64,000 nt of DNA from contig JAPLZK010000004.1 in the NCBI GenBank assembly GCA_026395055.1, positions 209,432-273,431 on the forward strand, given 5' to 3'. Each line of letters starts with the position of its first letter. Within the stretch, counting starts at the first letter, position 1. This DNA is from Candidatus Uhrbacteria bacterium (GTDB lineage: Bacteria > Patescibacteriota > Patescibacteriia > UBA9934 > GWF2-40-263). This document shows positions 20,272 to 29,997 of this stretch, in pieces. Made by a program: the position numbers and the translations under genes. The notes under the pieces are model-generated. The model was given only the letters and a program-made list of their open reading frames with translations. It ran no database searches and was not told the DNA's origin.

Positions 20272-21408
20272 ATGTTTTCTATCGCACGAACGGTTCGGGA
20301 ATTGGCAGCACGTTTGCGATCTATGGATTGGGTCCTCTTTTTTTCCGTGCTCGTTTTATTGTTTCTTGGGATGGCTGCCATTTACTCGGTGGATTTATCT
20401 CGAGACGCAACCGACCTTACGAACGTGAAAAAACAATGTTTTGCATTATTGCTCGCGTGCATCATTGCTCTGTTTGTAAGCTATTCGAATTATCAATTTC
20501 TAGAACATTATCGCGTCTGGATGTATGTTGCGGGAATTATTTTATTGATTGGCGTTTTGTTTTTGGGGCACACGATTCGCGGAGCGCGTGGTTGGTACGT
20601 GGTCGGTTCGTTTAGTTTTCAGCCGGTTGAGTTTATGAAAGCGGCAACAATTGTGATGCTTGCGAGTTATTTCAGTCGACGCGCGCGCAGATATTTTGGG
20701 TGGAAAGAATTTTTTGAAAGTTTCGCCATCGTTTTTTTTCCTGTGATTGTCGTCATGTTTCAACCGGACTTTGGTTCCGCGGTGGTGCTTATGGGAATTT
20801 GGTTTATCCTTGCGCTGTTTGCCGGAATGCCTATGAAGACACTGTTCATGTTGATTCTGAGTGGAATTGTTTTGTTCACGATCGCTTGGTTTGGATTGTT
20901 CGCACCATATCAAAAAGCGCGTATTGCAACATTCGTGAATCCAACAGCGGATCCACTCGGTCAAGGCTATAACGTAGCGCAAGCCGTGATTGCAATTGGT
21001 GCGGGTGGTTGGTTTGGTCGTGGACTTGGGTTTGGAACGCAGAGTCAATTGAAATTTTTGCCAGAAAGTCAGACGGACTTTATTTTTGCGGTGATTGCCG
21101 AAGAGCTTGGATTTTTTGGAGTGACTCTTTTGCTGGGTGCTTTCTCGTTGTTGTTTCTGCGTGTCTCGAGGCTGGTTCGACTTTCTCGTGATAACTTCAC
21201 AACCTATCTCTTGCTCGGAATTGTTGCTCTCATGTTCCTCCAAGTACTCATCAATATGGGAATGAACCTTGGTGTTTTTCCTGTGACGGGTATTGGTTTA
21301 CCGTTTGTGAGTTATGGAGGGAGTTCTCTTATCTTATTTTTGTTTTATATAGGCATCATTCAAAGTATTGCGATTCGAACCGTTCGTGTGACGTATCAGT
21401 CCTTTTAA
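20272..21408 (+). CDS. rodA: SEDS peptidoglycan polymerase RodA/FtsW
   Basis: FQPVEFMK, QPDFG, FLPESQTDF, LPFVSYGGSS. Confidence 0.92.
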   Translation: MFSIARTVRELAARLRSMDWVLFFSVLVLLFLGMAAIYSVDLSRDATDLTNVKKQCFALLLACIIALFVSYSNYQFLEHYRVWMYVAGIILLIGVLFLGHTIRGARGWYVVGSFSFQPVEFMKAATIVMLASYFSRRARRYFGWKEFFESFAIVFFPVIVVMFQPDFGSAVVLMGIWFILALFAGMPMKTLFMLILSGIVLFTIAWFGLFAPYQKARIATFVNPTADPLGQGYNVAQAVIAIGAGGWFGRGLGFGTQSQLKFLPESQTDFIFAVIAEELGFFGVTLLLGAFSLLFLRVSRLVRLSRDNFTTYLLLGIVALMFLQVLINMGMNLGVFPVTGIGLPFVSYGGSSLILFLFYIGIIQSIAIRTVRVTYQSF

Positions 21409-21467
21409 TTTGAATTGATGAGAAAACATGATATTGTTGAGCCATAAATGGTTGCGCTTTCTTTTCT

Positions 21468-21866
21468 ATGTCTACTCCAAATAAAACAGATAAAACAACT
21501 CAGGGTTTGCGCCTTGTTTCGTATTGTCCCGTTTGTGAAATTCGCTCCAAATCCATGAACGCTCGCACGCTAGCAGCGCAGGGCGAAACAAAACTCATGC
21601 ACATCCAGTGTCACAAATGCCAAAACGCGTTTCTCGCGCTCGTGCTCGTAAATCAGGTTGGGGCAAGTTCCGTCGGGCTCCTCACGGATCTTGCGTATGA
21701 TGATGTTGTTCGTTTTCGCTCGCACGCGGATGTAAGTGTAAATGATGTGATTGGTATTCATGAGCAGTTGGAACAAGGGTTGTTTCCTGTCACATTTGAG
21801 AAACCTCGAAAAACGGCTGTGAAGAAGGTGTTGGTAAAGAAAGCACGAAAAAAACTTGGAAAATAA
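21468..21866 (+). CDS. hypothetical zinc-ribbon protein
   Basis: CPVC and CHKC; basic C-terminal tail. Confidence 0.7.
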   Translation: MSTPNKTDKTTQGLRLVSYCPVCEIRSKSMNARTLAAQGETKLMHIQCHKCQNAFLALVLVNQVGASSVGLLTDLAYDDVVRFRSHADVSVNDVIGIHEQLEQGLFPVTFEKPRKTAVKKVLVKKARKKLGK

Positions 21867-21926
21867 AAATCCCCACGGAAACGAAATCCAGTGGGGATTT
21901 TTGTTTGCGTGAGGGGAGAGGGAGAA

Positions 21927-22328
21927 TCACTTCTTTTTTTGAGAAGCGAGGCAGCAGCCGGTGGTGCGGATTTTTGGAATCTTGCACTGCGTTTCACTTT
22001 CCGGCGTTTCGAGCGCGCAGAAGTAGTGTTGGCACGTATCGGCCACATGTGCGAAGGTTTCGCCTTTGTCGCCTTGCAAGAATTCGATGACGTGGTAGCC
22101 CTTGAGACGACTCACATCGGAGCCACTGGTCACCACTTGCGTTTGGCCTTGATAGGTCCATTCGCAGGTGTAGTCCGCATGGGCTGGAGCAACACATCGT
22201 TCGACCGCGTGGGTTTCATGGCGAACTTCGTTGTTCGTCATGGGCGTGGTCTGGACGTTGTTCGAAGTGGTCGACGAGCAGCCGAAGCCGAGAATGGCCA
22301 CAAGGGCGAAAAAGATTGATCGAACCAT
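21927..22328 (-). CDS. Cys-rich putative lipoprotein (orphan)
   Basis: GGAGG SD, lipobox-like LGFGC, many Cys. Confidence 0.65.
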   Translation of the reverse strand: MVRSIFFALVAILGFGCSSTTSNNVQTTPMTNNEVRHETHAVERCVAPAHADYTCEWTYQGQTQVVTSGSDVSRLKGYHVIEFLQGDKGETFAHVADTCQHYFCALETPESETQCKIPKIRTTGCCLASQKKK

Positions 22329-22459
22329 GAAGGAACCTCCAATTGCCAAGTGATACGCTATTTCACCGAGAACTCCTCGGCGGACAGTGCATCATTCACT
22401 CCAAATTAGCAGGGTTGACTTTTTTTCGCAGATTCCGCACAATACGGCCATATTTCATT

Positions 22460-22572
22460 AGAAGAGGCTATAGAAGCGTTAGAGGCAGTAAAGGCAATAA
22501 AGGCCGAACGGAAACGTGAAAGAAAATACGTTTTTAGAAGCCTTTATCGCATTTATCGCCTTTATAGCCTTC
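22460..22572. repeat. imperfect 9-mer repeats in inverted arrangement upstream of rplY
   Basis: AGGCAATAA-like units facing TTTATCGCC-like units. Confidence 0.55.
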
Positions 22573-22594
22573 CACCCGCCCATAATTTTCCCCT

Positions 22595-23269
22595 ATGTCC
22601 ACATTTACCCTCGCGGCAGATAACCGAACACTCGTTGGTCGCAAAACCCTCAAGCTTCGTGAAGCAGGCAAAGTTCCTGCCGTTGTTTACGGTTCTGGAA
22701 CAGAACCAAAAATGATCACGGTTGATCGCAATCAATTCGTAAAGACTTACAAAGATGCTGGTGAAAGTACCATCGTCGAGCTCGCTGTAAACGGCGGAAG
22801 CCCACTTCACGTTTTGATCCAAGACTTTCAATTGGATCCATTGCGTGACGAAGTTACCCACATCGATTTCCGCTCTGTCGACATGACAAAGGAAATTGAA
22901 GCAGAAGTGGAACTCGAGTTCGTTGGAGAATCAATGGCCGTGAAAGCTCTTGGAGGAACATTCGTTCCATCAAAAGATTCTGTATTGGTTCGTTGTTTGC
23001 CTGCAAAACTTGTTCGTAAGCTTACAATCGACATTTCCATTCTTAAATCGTTTGATGACGTGATCCGTATCTCAGACATCGCGATTCCGGAAGGAATGAC
23101 CATTGAAGACGATGCAAACACAACACTTGCAGCGGTACAAGCTCCACGTTCTGAGGCAGAAATGGCTGACTTGGATAAAGTTCTTGAACTGGATGTCACC
23201 GCCGTTGAAGTAGAAAAGAAAGCAAAAGAAGATGCAGATGCTGCGGCAGCTGCAGAAGCAAAAAAATAA
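22595..23269 (+). CDS. rplY: 50S ribosomal protein L25/Ctc
   Basis: LREAGKVPAVVYG, HIDF, Ctc C-terminal domain. Confidence 0.95.
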   Translation: MSTFTLAADNRTLVGRKTLKLREAGKVPAVVYGSGTEPKMITVDRNQFVKTYKDAGESTIVELAVNGGSPLHVLIQDFQLDPLRDEVTHIDFRSVDMTKEIEAEVELEFVGESMAVKALGGTFVPSKDSVLVRCLPAKLVRKLTIDISILKSFDDVIRISDIAIPEGMTIEDDANTTLAAVQAPRSEAEMADLDKVLELDVTAVEVEKKAKEDADAAAAAEAKK

Positions 23270-23294
23270 TCGTTTAACATGTATGGGGGAGAAC

Positions 23295-24371
23295 ATGTTT
23301 CAAAAATTAAAACACAAGTACGCTCACGCACGTGCGAGCCAGAAAAAAATCTGGCTCCTGACTTGCGTCGGGATCGTACTTGTGTTTTTGATTGTGATGA
23401 CTGCGTTGTTTGTTGTTCGATCACACAACAAACCAACATCGAGTGTCTCGTCTGTGCCAGAGTCGGGTGCCACACAAGTTCGCGACCCTCTTACAGGCAT
23501 GTTTGTTGATCAGGTGCATGCGAACCAACAAGTGTATGGCGTCATGATCGATGAACATGTGGACGCTCGTCCACAAAGCGGAATCGACCAGGCATTCTTG
23601 GTTATCGAAGCGCCGGTCGAAGCGGGGATTCCACGCCTGCTCGCCTTTTTCTCACAAGACGAAAAGGTTGATAAGATCGGACCAATCCGATCTGCTCGCC
23701 CTTACTATGTTGATTGGGCTCTTGAGTTTGGTGCGCTTTACACACACGTTGGTGGTTCAAACGAAGCACTCGACAAAATCACAACTGGGGCCACGTTTGA
23801 CTTGAATCAATTTTGGCATGATCCGCAATTTTGGCGATCGACAGATCGAGATGCACCACATAACGTCTATACTTCGACCGATCGACTTGGGGCTTACGTG
23901 AAAGCAAAACAGGATGCCGGTCGACCAGCGCCACTTTATGGTGTGTGGAAATTTAAAACGACAAAACCTGAAGAGGTTTTTCCATCACGATTTACCATTA
24001 GCTATACAAATCCAGATTATGTGTTTTCTTGGGGGTACGATGTTGCACAAAAAACATATGTTCGATTGTTTGATGACCAGATCATGAAAACAAAAGAGGG
24101 AAATGAAATTCATGCCGATAATGTGGCGGTCGTTATCACAGATGTTGCGGTGATTGATACGTATGGCAGAAAATCCGTTCGCACAACAGGGCAGGGGACA
24201 GCATATGTCTTTCAGGATGGAACAAAGACAGAAGCGATTTGGAAAAAACCCACCGCATCTGAACGCCTGAGATTTTTTAACAAGGATGGAACAGAAATGG
24301 AAATGAATCCAGGCCACACCTGGATTGAGGTGATCGGAGATGAATCGCAATTGAATCATCTTGAGCCATAA
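23295..24371 (+). CDS. DUF3048 (YerB-like) membrane-anchored protein
   Basis: ARPQSG, VEAGIPR, IGPIRSAR, APHNVY. Confidence 0.85.
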   Translation: MFQKLKHKYAHARASQKKIWLLTCVGIVLVFLIVMTALFVVRSHNKPTSSVSSVPESGATQVRDPLTGMFVDQVHANQQVYGVMIDEHVDARPQSGIDQAFLVIEAPVEAGIPRLLAFFSQDEKVDKIGPIRSARPYYVDWALEFGALYTHVGGSNEALDKITTGATFDLNQFWHDPQFWRSTDRDAPHNVYTSTDRLGAYVKAKQDAGRPAPLYGVWKFKTTKPEEVFPSRFTISYTNPDYVFSWGYDVAQKTYVRLFDDQIMKTKEGNEIHADNVAVVITDVAVIDTYGRKSVRTTGQGTAYVFQDGTKTEAIWKKPTASERLRFFNKDGTEMEMNPGHTWIEVIGDESQLNHLEP

Positions 24372-24402
24372 GAAAACCGTCACTCAAATGCGAGTGACGG
24401 TT

Positions 24403-25311
24403 TTATATTTCTGCGATTACAATGCGGTCATTTTTTTGCAGGTCTTTTTCTGTTCGTGTAACAGCTTCTGGAAAATAATGTTTAATGAGCTTCACAGACC
24501 GATCTGTTTGATCGGGATCGATTTCGATGAAGACGAATATATTTCTAGGCAGAATCTCCCGATGTTTTTTAAATTGTCGAAATAAGTCCCAGTAGGCATC
24601 TAGGCCATCCACACCCGCCACAAGCGCGCGTACGGGTTCAAAACGGACATCTGGATCAAGGATATCCATTTGTGCTGTGGTGAGATAGGGGAGGTTTGCG
24701 CAGACGATGAGGTCTTTGAATGGATAGACAGATGAAATATTTGGATTGCCGGATGCACGGATGGTTTGAAAGAGATTGATGAGTGGTTCAAGAAGTGAGC
24801 CGTGTTGAAAGTCAATGTGCTCTTCGACCTCGAATGTTTGTGCGTTTCGTTTTGCGGTGATTAACGCGGATTGGTCGATATCAACTGCAAGGACGGGGGT
24901 TTGAGTTTCTGCAGCAAGCGTTACAGCGATCGCTCCAGATCCTGTTCCGATATCCACAAAGAGTGTTTTATCTCGGTCACATGTCGAGAATACATCGAGT
25001 GCTTGTTCAATCATGACTTCTGTTGCAGGGCGAGGAATCAAGACGGAGGGATCCACAAAGAAGTCACGGCCGTAGAATCCTTTTTTGTTTATAAGGTATG
25101 CAACAGGTTCGTGTTTGAGTCGACGGTCCACCAGAATGAAGAACTTTTCTTCTTGATGTGGCTTGAGGTCATCTGCAATGTGTCCAAACAGCCATGATTT
25201 TGGGACCTCTAAAACAGACGCGAGCAAGAGTTCTGCGTCCAGCATGGGAGATTCGATCCCTACTTTCTTTAACTTATTGTTGGCCCATTGAAGCGCCTCA
25301 AGGATTGTCAT
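24403..25311 (-). CDS. prmC: release factor glutamine methyltransferase
   Basis: EPVAY, VLIPRPATE, DIGTGSG, NLPY. Confidence 0.93.
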   Translation of the reverse strand: MTILEALQWANNKLKKVGIESPMLDAELLLASVLEVPKSWLFGHIADDLKPHQEEKFFILVDRRLKHEPVAYLINKKGFYGRDFFVDPSVLIPRPATEVMIEQALDVFSTCDRDKTLFVDIGTGSGAIAVTLAAETQTPVLAVDIDQSALITAKRNAQTFEVEEHIDFQHGSLLEPLINLFQTIRASGNPNISSVYPFKDLIVCANLPYLTTAQMDILDPDVRFEPVRALVAGVDGLDAYWDLFRQFKKHREILPRNIFVFIEIDPDQTDRSVKLIKHYFPEAVTRTEKDLQKNDRIVIAEI

Positions 25312-25345
25312 GCGTTCTACAGTATGGTATTTTCGGAATTTTTAC

Positions 25346-25373
25346 AAAAAGAAAGAGACCCGCAAGGAGTCTC
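25346..25373 (-). terminator. terminator of the candidate ncRNA
   Basis: GAGACTCC-ttgc-GGGTCTC followed by TTTCTTTTT on the minus strand. Confidence 0.75.
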
Positions 25374-26060
25374 GAGAAGAGAGGGGTGAAAAAGATTCCT
25401 GCGAATCCGAAGGGTTCCTGTTTTGGCGAGGTGTTGTCTTGATCGACTGAATGTTTTTTGAGGACGTCCAGTTGGTGACCGAGATGTTGACTTCGTTACT
25501 AGCAGAGAACCCTTCGGAACGCAACTTGATGTCATTGTTCTTTTGAGGGAACGGCACCAAGAAAGTGGTTAGACGAGCAAGCTCATCGTTTTGTTTTAGC
25601 GAGTTTTCAGGTTCGCTTTAACAGAGTTCGCACGATCGCGGTTCAAGTCTTGCGACTTTGGCTTGAGCATTCCATATCTTGCGACTGGGTTTTGCTTGGC
25701 GTGAACGTTGAAAGGGAACTGTTCCACTTTGGATACGATGGTAATTTTGAACATTCGTTCGGCGACAGTACTTGACCGTCATCTACGAATTGAGCTTGCA
25801 CTCTGTCCAATTTCTCACCGGGTCACCAAGCTGTAGCTGGTTCAAGTTGGTCCGGAGACCTATACGTACGCTTTCGCACACGTAGACTGGGAGTTGTCTC
25901 TCCCGATTCGTTGACCGAAGTCATTGAATCACTTGTTTGGTCATTGAAGACCCATGCAACGAGCGAGCTCGCTTGCACGTGAGAGTAATCTCTCAAGATT
26001 CGCACGACCGAAGCCGTTTGAATCGCCAGGCGTTTGTTCTTGCGAACGTCAGCTGAAGGT
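25346..26060 (-). ncRNA. candidate large structured non-coding RNA (about 710 nt), family unassigned
   Basis: No credible ORF; own promoter and terminator; several UUCG/GNRA/CUUG hairpins; 8-12 bp long-range complementarities. Confidence 0.7.
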
Positions 26061-26066
26061 TTTGAA

Positions 26067-26112
26067 ATAATATACGAATAAAATACGAGCGTCAAATGGT
26101 ATCTGTGGATAA
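26067..26112 (-). promoter_or_regulatory. sigma70 promoter TTGACG-17-TATTAT with an upstream DnaA box
   Basis: -35 at 26095-26090, -10 at 26072-26067, TTATCCACA at 26112-26104. Confidence 0.7.
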
Positions 26113-26135
26113 CTCATCGTCTAATCTAAATTAAC

Positions 26136-26175
26136 ATAAAATAAATCACTCGAATGATCGAGTGATTTATTTTAT
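26136..26175. terminator. 18 bp perfect inverted repeat, probable terminator of the prfA operon
   Basis: ATAAAATAAATCACTCGA-atga-TCGAGTGATTTATTTTAT. Confidence 0.7.
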
Positions 26176-26187
26176 CCGCGCAATTTT

Positions 26188-26862
26188 TTAAGAAATATTT
26201 TTTGTTTTTACGAACTCGAGTTCTTCCGGAGTTCCAATTGGATACCATTCATCTGTCAGAACGACATCGATGGGATTTTTTTCGGATCTGGTGGCGAGTG
26301 TTTGGGGTAAACCGTATTCTTCATGGACACTCCCTTCAATTTTGACGGGCTCAATCTCAAAATATGTTTGATCGAGCACATATGCACCGCAAACACGATA
26401 GCTTTTTGAGCTTGTTGACTCGACGAGACCAATAAATTTTCCATTTGCGTCGAGTTTCCCGCCGTTCATGAGATGCATCTCGGTCGGACAGAGCATGATC
26501 GAGGTGTTGTGAATCAACATCTCGTCGAGAGCCTCTTGAGAATACAAATCATCACCGTTCACGACAAGGAATCGATCGTGCAATCGATTACGGAGCAATA
26601 TCATTGCTCCGCCTGTGCCGTCGAGCGGGTCTTGTGTGACATATCGAACAGGAATGTTTCGATATTCATTGCCTATCTTCGCTTTAATTTGATCGCCTAA
26701 ATAATTCACGACAATAAAAATCTCATCGATTGCTCTTGGAAGCGCGTCGAGTGTGTGTTCAATCAGAGTTTTGTCTCCAATCGGAATAAGTGCTTTTGGC
26801 GTTGTGAGTGTGAATGGTCTGAGACGTGTTCCAAGACCAGCCGCAAGAATAACGGCCTGCAT
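26188..26862 (-). CDS. sugar-phosphate nucleotidyltransferase
   Basis: ILAAGLGTRLRPFTLTTPK, GTGGA, VNGDD. Confidence 0.9.
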   Translation of the reverse strand: MQAVILAAGLGTRLRPFTLTTPKALIPIGDKTLIEHTLDALPRAIDEIFIVVNYLGDQIKAKIGNEYRNIPVRYVTQDPLDGTGGAMILLRNRLHDRFLVVNGDDLYSQEALDEMLIHNTSIMLCPTEMHLMNGGKLDANGKFIGLVESTSSKSYRVCGAYVLDQTYFEIEPVKIEGSVHEEYGLPQTLATRSEKNPIDVVLTDEWYPIGTPEELEFVKTKNIS

Positions 26863-26863
26863 A

Positions 26864-27967
26864 TTAGTCTTCGTCTTCTTCATCTGTATCAGAAACAGGG
26901 GCTTCTCCAAGCAAAGAACGGATTTCTGCTTGCTTGAGATCCTCGACAAGGGTACCAAGTCCTCCGTTCATGATGCCTGGAATGTTGTGATAGTTTTTGT
27001 GGATGCGGTGATCTGTCACACGATCCTGTGGAAAATTGTAGGTGCGAATTTTTTCCGAACGATCTCCGGTTCCAATCATTCCACGACGAGATTCTTCGCG
27101 TTCTTTACGTTGACGTTCTTGTTCTTGTTCGTACAGACGCGCACGCATGATGGACATGGCACGCTCTTTGTTTTGTTTTTGGGAACGTTCGTCTTGGCAG
27201 TAAACAATAAGTCCGGTCGGAATGTGCATGATACGAATGGCAGAATACGTTGTGTTCACGCTCTGTCCACCCGCTCCGGTTGAAGTTGTTGCTTCAATTC
27301 GAAGATCTTTCAGGTCGATTTCAAAATCAACCTCTTCCAATTCTGGAAGAACGGCAACGGTTGCGGTTGAAGTATGGACGCGTCCTTGTTTTTCTGTTTC
27401 TGGTACGCGTTGAACACGATGAACTCCACTTTCAAACTTTAATTGGCTATAAACATTTTGGCCTTTCATCCCAAAAACAACTTCTTTAAATCCACCGATT
27501 TCGTTTCTACTTGCGGAAATGTGTTCAATTTTCCAGCGTTGTGTTTCTGCATACATGGTGTACATGCGCATAAGCTCTCCGGCAAAGATGGCAGATTCGT
27601 CTCCTCCTGCACCTGCACGAATTTCAACAATGACATCTTTTGCATCCATTGGATCTTGAGGAAGAAGGGCGACGAGAAGTTTTTTCTCAAGAATTGGCAC
27701 GGATGCTTCCAATAATTCAACTTCTTCTTGCATGAACGCTTTCATGTCTGCGTCGTCTGATTCTTCAAGTGCGTGTTTTGCACTTTCCAGATTTTTGAGA
27801 GCTGCTTCAAACTCTGTTCCGATTCCCATCAATTCTTTCATGCGCGCATACGCACTTCCGACTTCTTTCATGAGTTTTGGGCTCGAAAGAACCTCGGTGT
27901 CCCCGAGTCTTGTTTCGAGTTTGTGAAATTCATCACGTTTAAGTTTGAATTGGGTGAGGAGATCCAT
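26864..27967 (-). CDS. prfA: peptide chain release factor 1
   Basis: [14 protein letters not shown] (PxT), GGQ, RTYNFPQ. Confidence 0.97.
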   Translation of the reverse strand: MDLLTQFKLKRDEFHKLETRLGDTEVLSSPKLMKEVGSAYARMKELMGIGTEFEAALKNLESAKHALEESDDADMKAFMQEEVELLEASVPILEKKLLVALLPQDPMDAKDVIVEIRAGAGGDESAIFAGELMRMYTMYAETQRWKIEHISASRNEIGGFKEVVFGMKGQNVYSQLKFESGVHRVQRVPETEKQGRVHTSTATVAVLPELEEVDFEIDLKDLRIEATTSTGAGGQSVNTTYSAIRIMHIPTGLIVYCQDERSQKQNKERAMSIMRARLYEQEQERQRKEREESRRGMIGTGDRSEKIRTYNFPQDRVTDHRIHKNYHNIPGIMNGGLGTLVEDLKQAEIRSLLGEAPVSDTDEEDED

Positions 27968-28043
27968 AGGAGATATATTATCGAAGCAATAGTAACACAA
28001 AAGCGTCTTCCAGGAACGGAGAGACGCTTTGTGAATTCAAAAG

Positions 28044-28349
28044 CTAAATCTTTGTTTTTCCTGCAACACCAGATTTTTCTTCTTTCTCTTTTTTGATGGC
28101 TGCACGCTTTTCTTTTTTCACTTTCTTTCCCGTTGTGACTTTCTCAACCTTTTGTGAAGCGCGTTCTGTAAACTTTTCTACGCGACGAGCTGTGTCCATC
28201 ATCTTTTGCTTACCTGTGTAGAATGGGTGACATGCTGCGCAGGATTCCACGGCAATCTCTTCTTTGGTAGATCCAATTTTATAAATGGCACCACAAGAAC
28301 AGGTGATGGTCGCGGCTGGGAAATAATCTGGGTGAATTTCTTTTTTCAT
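28044..28349 (-). CDS. rpmE: 50S ribosomal protein L31, zinc-binding type with Lys-rich extension
   Basis: MKKEIHPDY, CSCG, CAACHPFYTG. Confidence 0.95.
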   Translation of the reverse strand: MKKEIHPDYFPAATITCSCGAIYKIGSTKEEIAVESCAACHPFYTGKQKMMDTARRVEKFTERASQKVEKVTTGKKVKKEKRAAIKKEKEEKSGVAGKTKI

Positions 28350-28508
28350 AGAGTGATGGGTACCCACAAGGGGCACCTCTGCAAATGTGGCGGACACTTG
28401 TATATGCCCGTAATTAGATGGCGGGAGTGTAGCAGGAGGGTGAGAAATGGTCAAGGAAAGGCCTGAAAAGCGTGAAAAGATAATAAAAAAACAGATCGAT
28501 TCGATCTG

Positions 28509-29510
28509 TTAGGCGTAGGTATGCATGAGTTGTGCACCCAGGGTTTTGAGGTAATCCCGGCCATAGGGTCCGTTTTCGAGCTTGTCGAACAGGACTTGGG
28601 GCAGATCATTTGGCATACGTGTGGAGGCGATGCCAAGAGCAATTGAGGCAACGGAATCTGTATCACCTCCGAATTGGATGGCTCCTCGAAGCACTTCCGA
28701 CAAGGTCGAACTGTGCGTAAGAAGATCGAAAACGGCGTGAACTGTGTTCGTTGCTGGGGATTTGACGGGGCCATGCCAACGACGATGAAGATTCATCTGA
28801 TGCAACAAGATTGTGTTTGGCAGATGAATTTCCAGAAAATCCTGAAGACGATCAAAGGGATCGTCTCGGTAAAGGGCGAAGTGACTCATGAGAGCCACGG
28901 CTTGTGCGCTGAAGATTCCAATGGGGGTGTCGTGTGTCGTGCTTGCCTGAACGGTTGCAACTTCAAGGAGGGTTTTTGTGTCTTTGATGACACCGAGTGG
29001 AACGGCGCGCATGCACGCTCCATTCTTCTCTGAAGCCGGTTTGATCCGGTCCATGAATTCAATCCCCAATTTTGTCGTTTCAAGAAAAGCTTGGAATCCA
29101 CGTGCATATCCATCGCGAACATTGCGATGAAAGACGCGTGTCCATGCATCCGCAAAATCGAGTTTGGTTGCGTGGAGTTGGCCGTATTCAGGTGTAGCGA
29201 GCACTTCCGCAACACCAATCGACATCTGTGTGTCGTCTGTGTACATCCCGGGCTTCAACTTGTGATGTGTTGGGTGTTGATAGTATCTGTCGAGACGAAG
29301 TGTGTTCGCAATCAGTTGCGCATATACGCGCGGATCGATGTATTCTGTTGCGGCTGCAACTGCGTCGCCGATTGCAATGAACAAAAGCATGTTATCGTTT
29401 CTGTGTTGCATTTCCGTCTCCAAATCCTCGAGGTTCTTGAGCGAGGACAGGGAATCATAGGGTTTTTGCGCGATATCGTCAAGGATTCCTTGACGATTGG
29501 GTTTGGTCAT
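28509..29510 (-). CDS. ADP-ribosylglycohydrolase family protein
   Basis: GDA, YTDDTQM, NGACMR, TH, GGDTDSVASIA. Confidence 0.9.
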   Translation of the reverse strand: MTKPNRQGILDDIAQKPYDSLSSLKNLEDLETEMQHRNDNMLLFIAIGDAVAAATEYIDPRVYAQLIANTLRLDRYYQHPTHHKLKPGMYTDDTQMSIGVAEVLATPEYGQLHATKLDFADAWTRVFHRNVRDGYARGFQAFLETTKLGIEFMDRIKPASEKNGACMRAVPLGVIKDTKTLLEVATVQASTTHDTPIGIFSAQAVALMSHFALYRDDPFDRLQDFLEIHLPNTILLHQMNLHRRWHGPVKSPATNTVHAVFDLLTHSSTLSEVLRGAIQFGGDTDSVASIALGIASTRMPNDLPQVLFDKLENGPYGRDYLKTLGAQLMHTYA

Positions 29511-29557
29511 GCTAAAAACCTGCGTTGTCGATTGGTGACAACGTGTGAGGAAAGGTC

Positions 29558-29875
29558 ATGTATCGTTTCGTCCTTTTGATTCTTTGCCTTGCATCATTGA
29601 TTTCGTGCGAACGAGTAACTTCTTCGTTGCCGTGTGTTGCAGGTACACAAGAGACGGTTCCGGGTGTCTGTGATGATGGGCACGGCATTGCGTATTTCCT
29701 GTTTCAAGACACTTCAAGAGCGGTCTCGGATGAAGAAAATCTGCCGAAGCTGATTGCGTATCGCAGGGCCTGGCAGGACAAGTTTCCCAGTAAAGAAATT
29801 TTTTCCACGAACATCACGTCCTACGACCATCATGTGGATTCCTGCATCATCTGGTATCGCGAGCGACAGCACTGA
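29558..29875 (+). CDS. putative lipoprotein (orphan)
   Basis: Signal peptide ending LISC; SD; terminator at about 29888-29913. Confidence 0.6.
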   Translation: MYRFVLLILCLASLISCERVTSSLPCVAGTQETVPGVCDDGHGIAYFLFQDTSRAVSDEENLPKLIAYRRAWQDKFPSKEIFSTNITSYDHHVDSCIIWYRERQH

Positions 29876-29997
29876 CGTCCGCACCTAACAATCTCTCCCG
29901 AGGTTGTTTTTTTGTTCCTCTCTTCGAGAACCTGAGGAATCCTCAGAGCCTCGAAGGCTGGTTTCTTTTGTCTTCCTTTGTTAATCTCTGTTTACGT

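Noticed and set aside
25346-26060. RNase P RNA, tmRNA, 6S RNA or a group I/II intron
   Set aside because: No GAGGAAAGUCC, no tRNA-like ends, too long for 6S, no AGC-triad domain V, and no interrupted host gene. Judged by eye only.
25317-26095. Short ORFs 25317-25535, 25342-25560 and 25823-26095 as genes or a frameshifted pseudogene
   Set aside because: No recognisable motifs. One starts inside the -35 element and the others run through the terminator. Tetraloops and long-range pairing explain the region better.
26104-26175. DnaA box plus AT-rich palindrome as oriC or dif
   Set aside because: Only one box and no dnaA/dnaN nearby. The palindrome fits a terminator and does not match a dif consensus I recognise.
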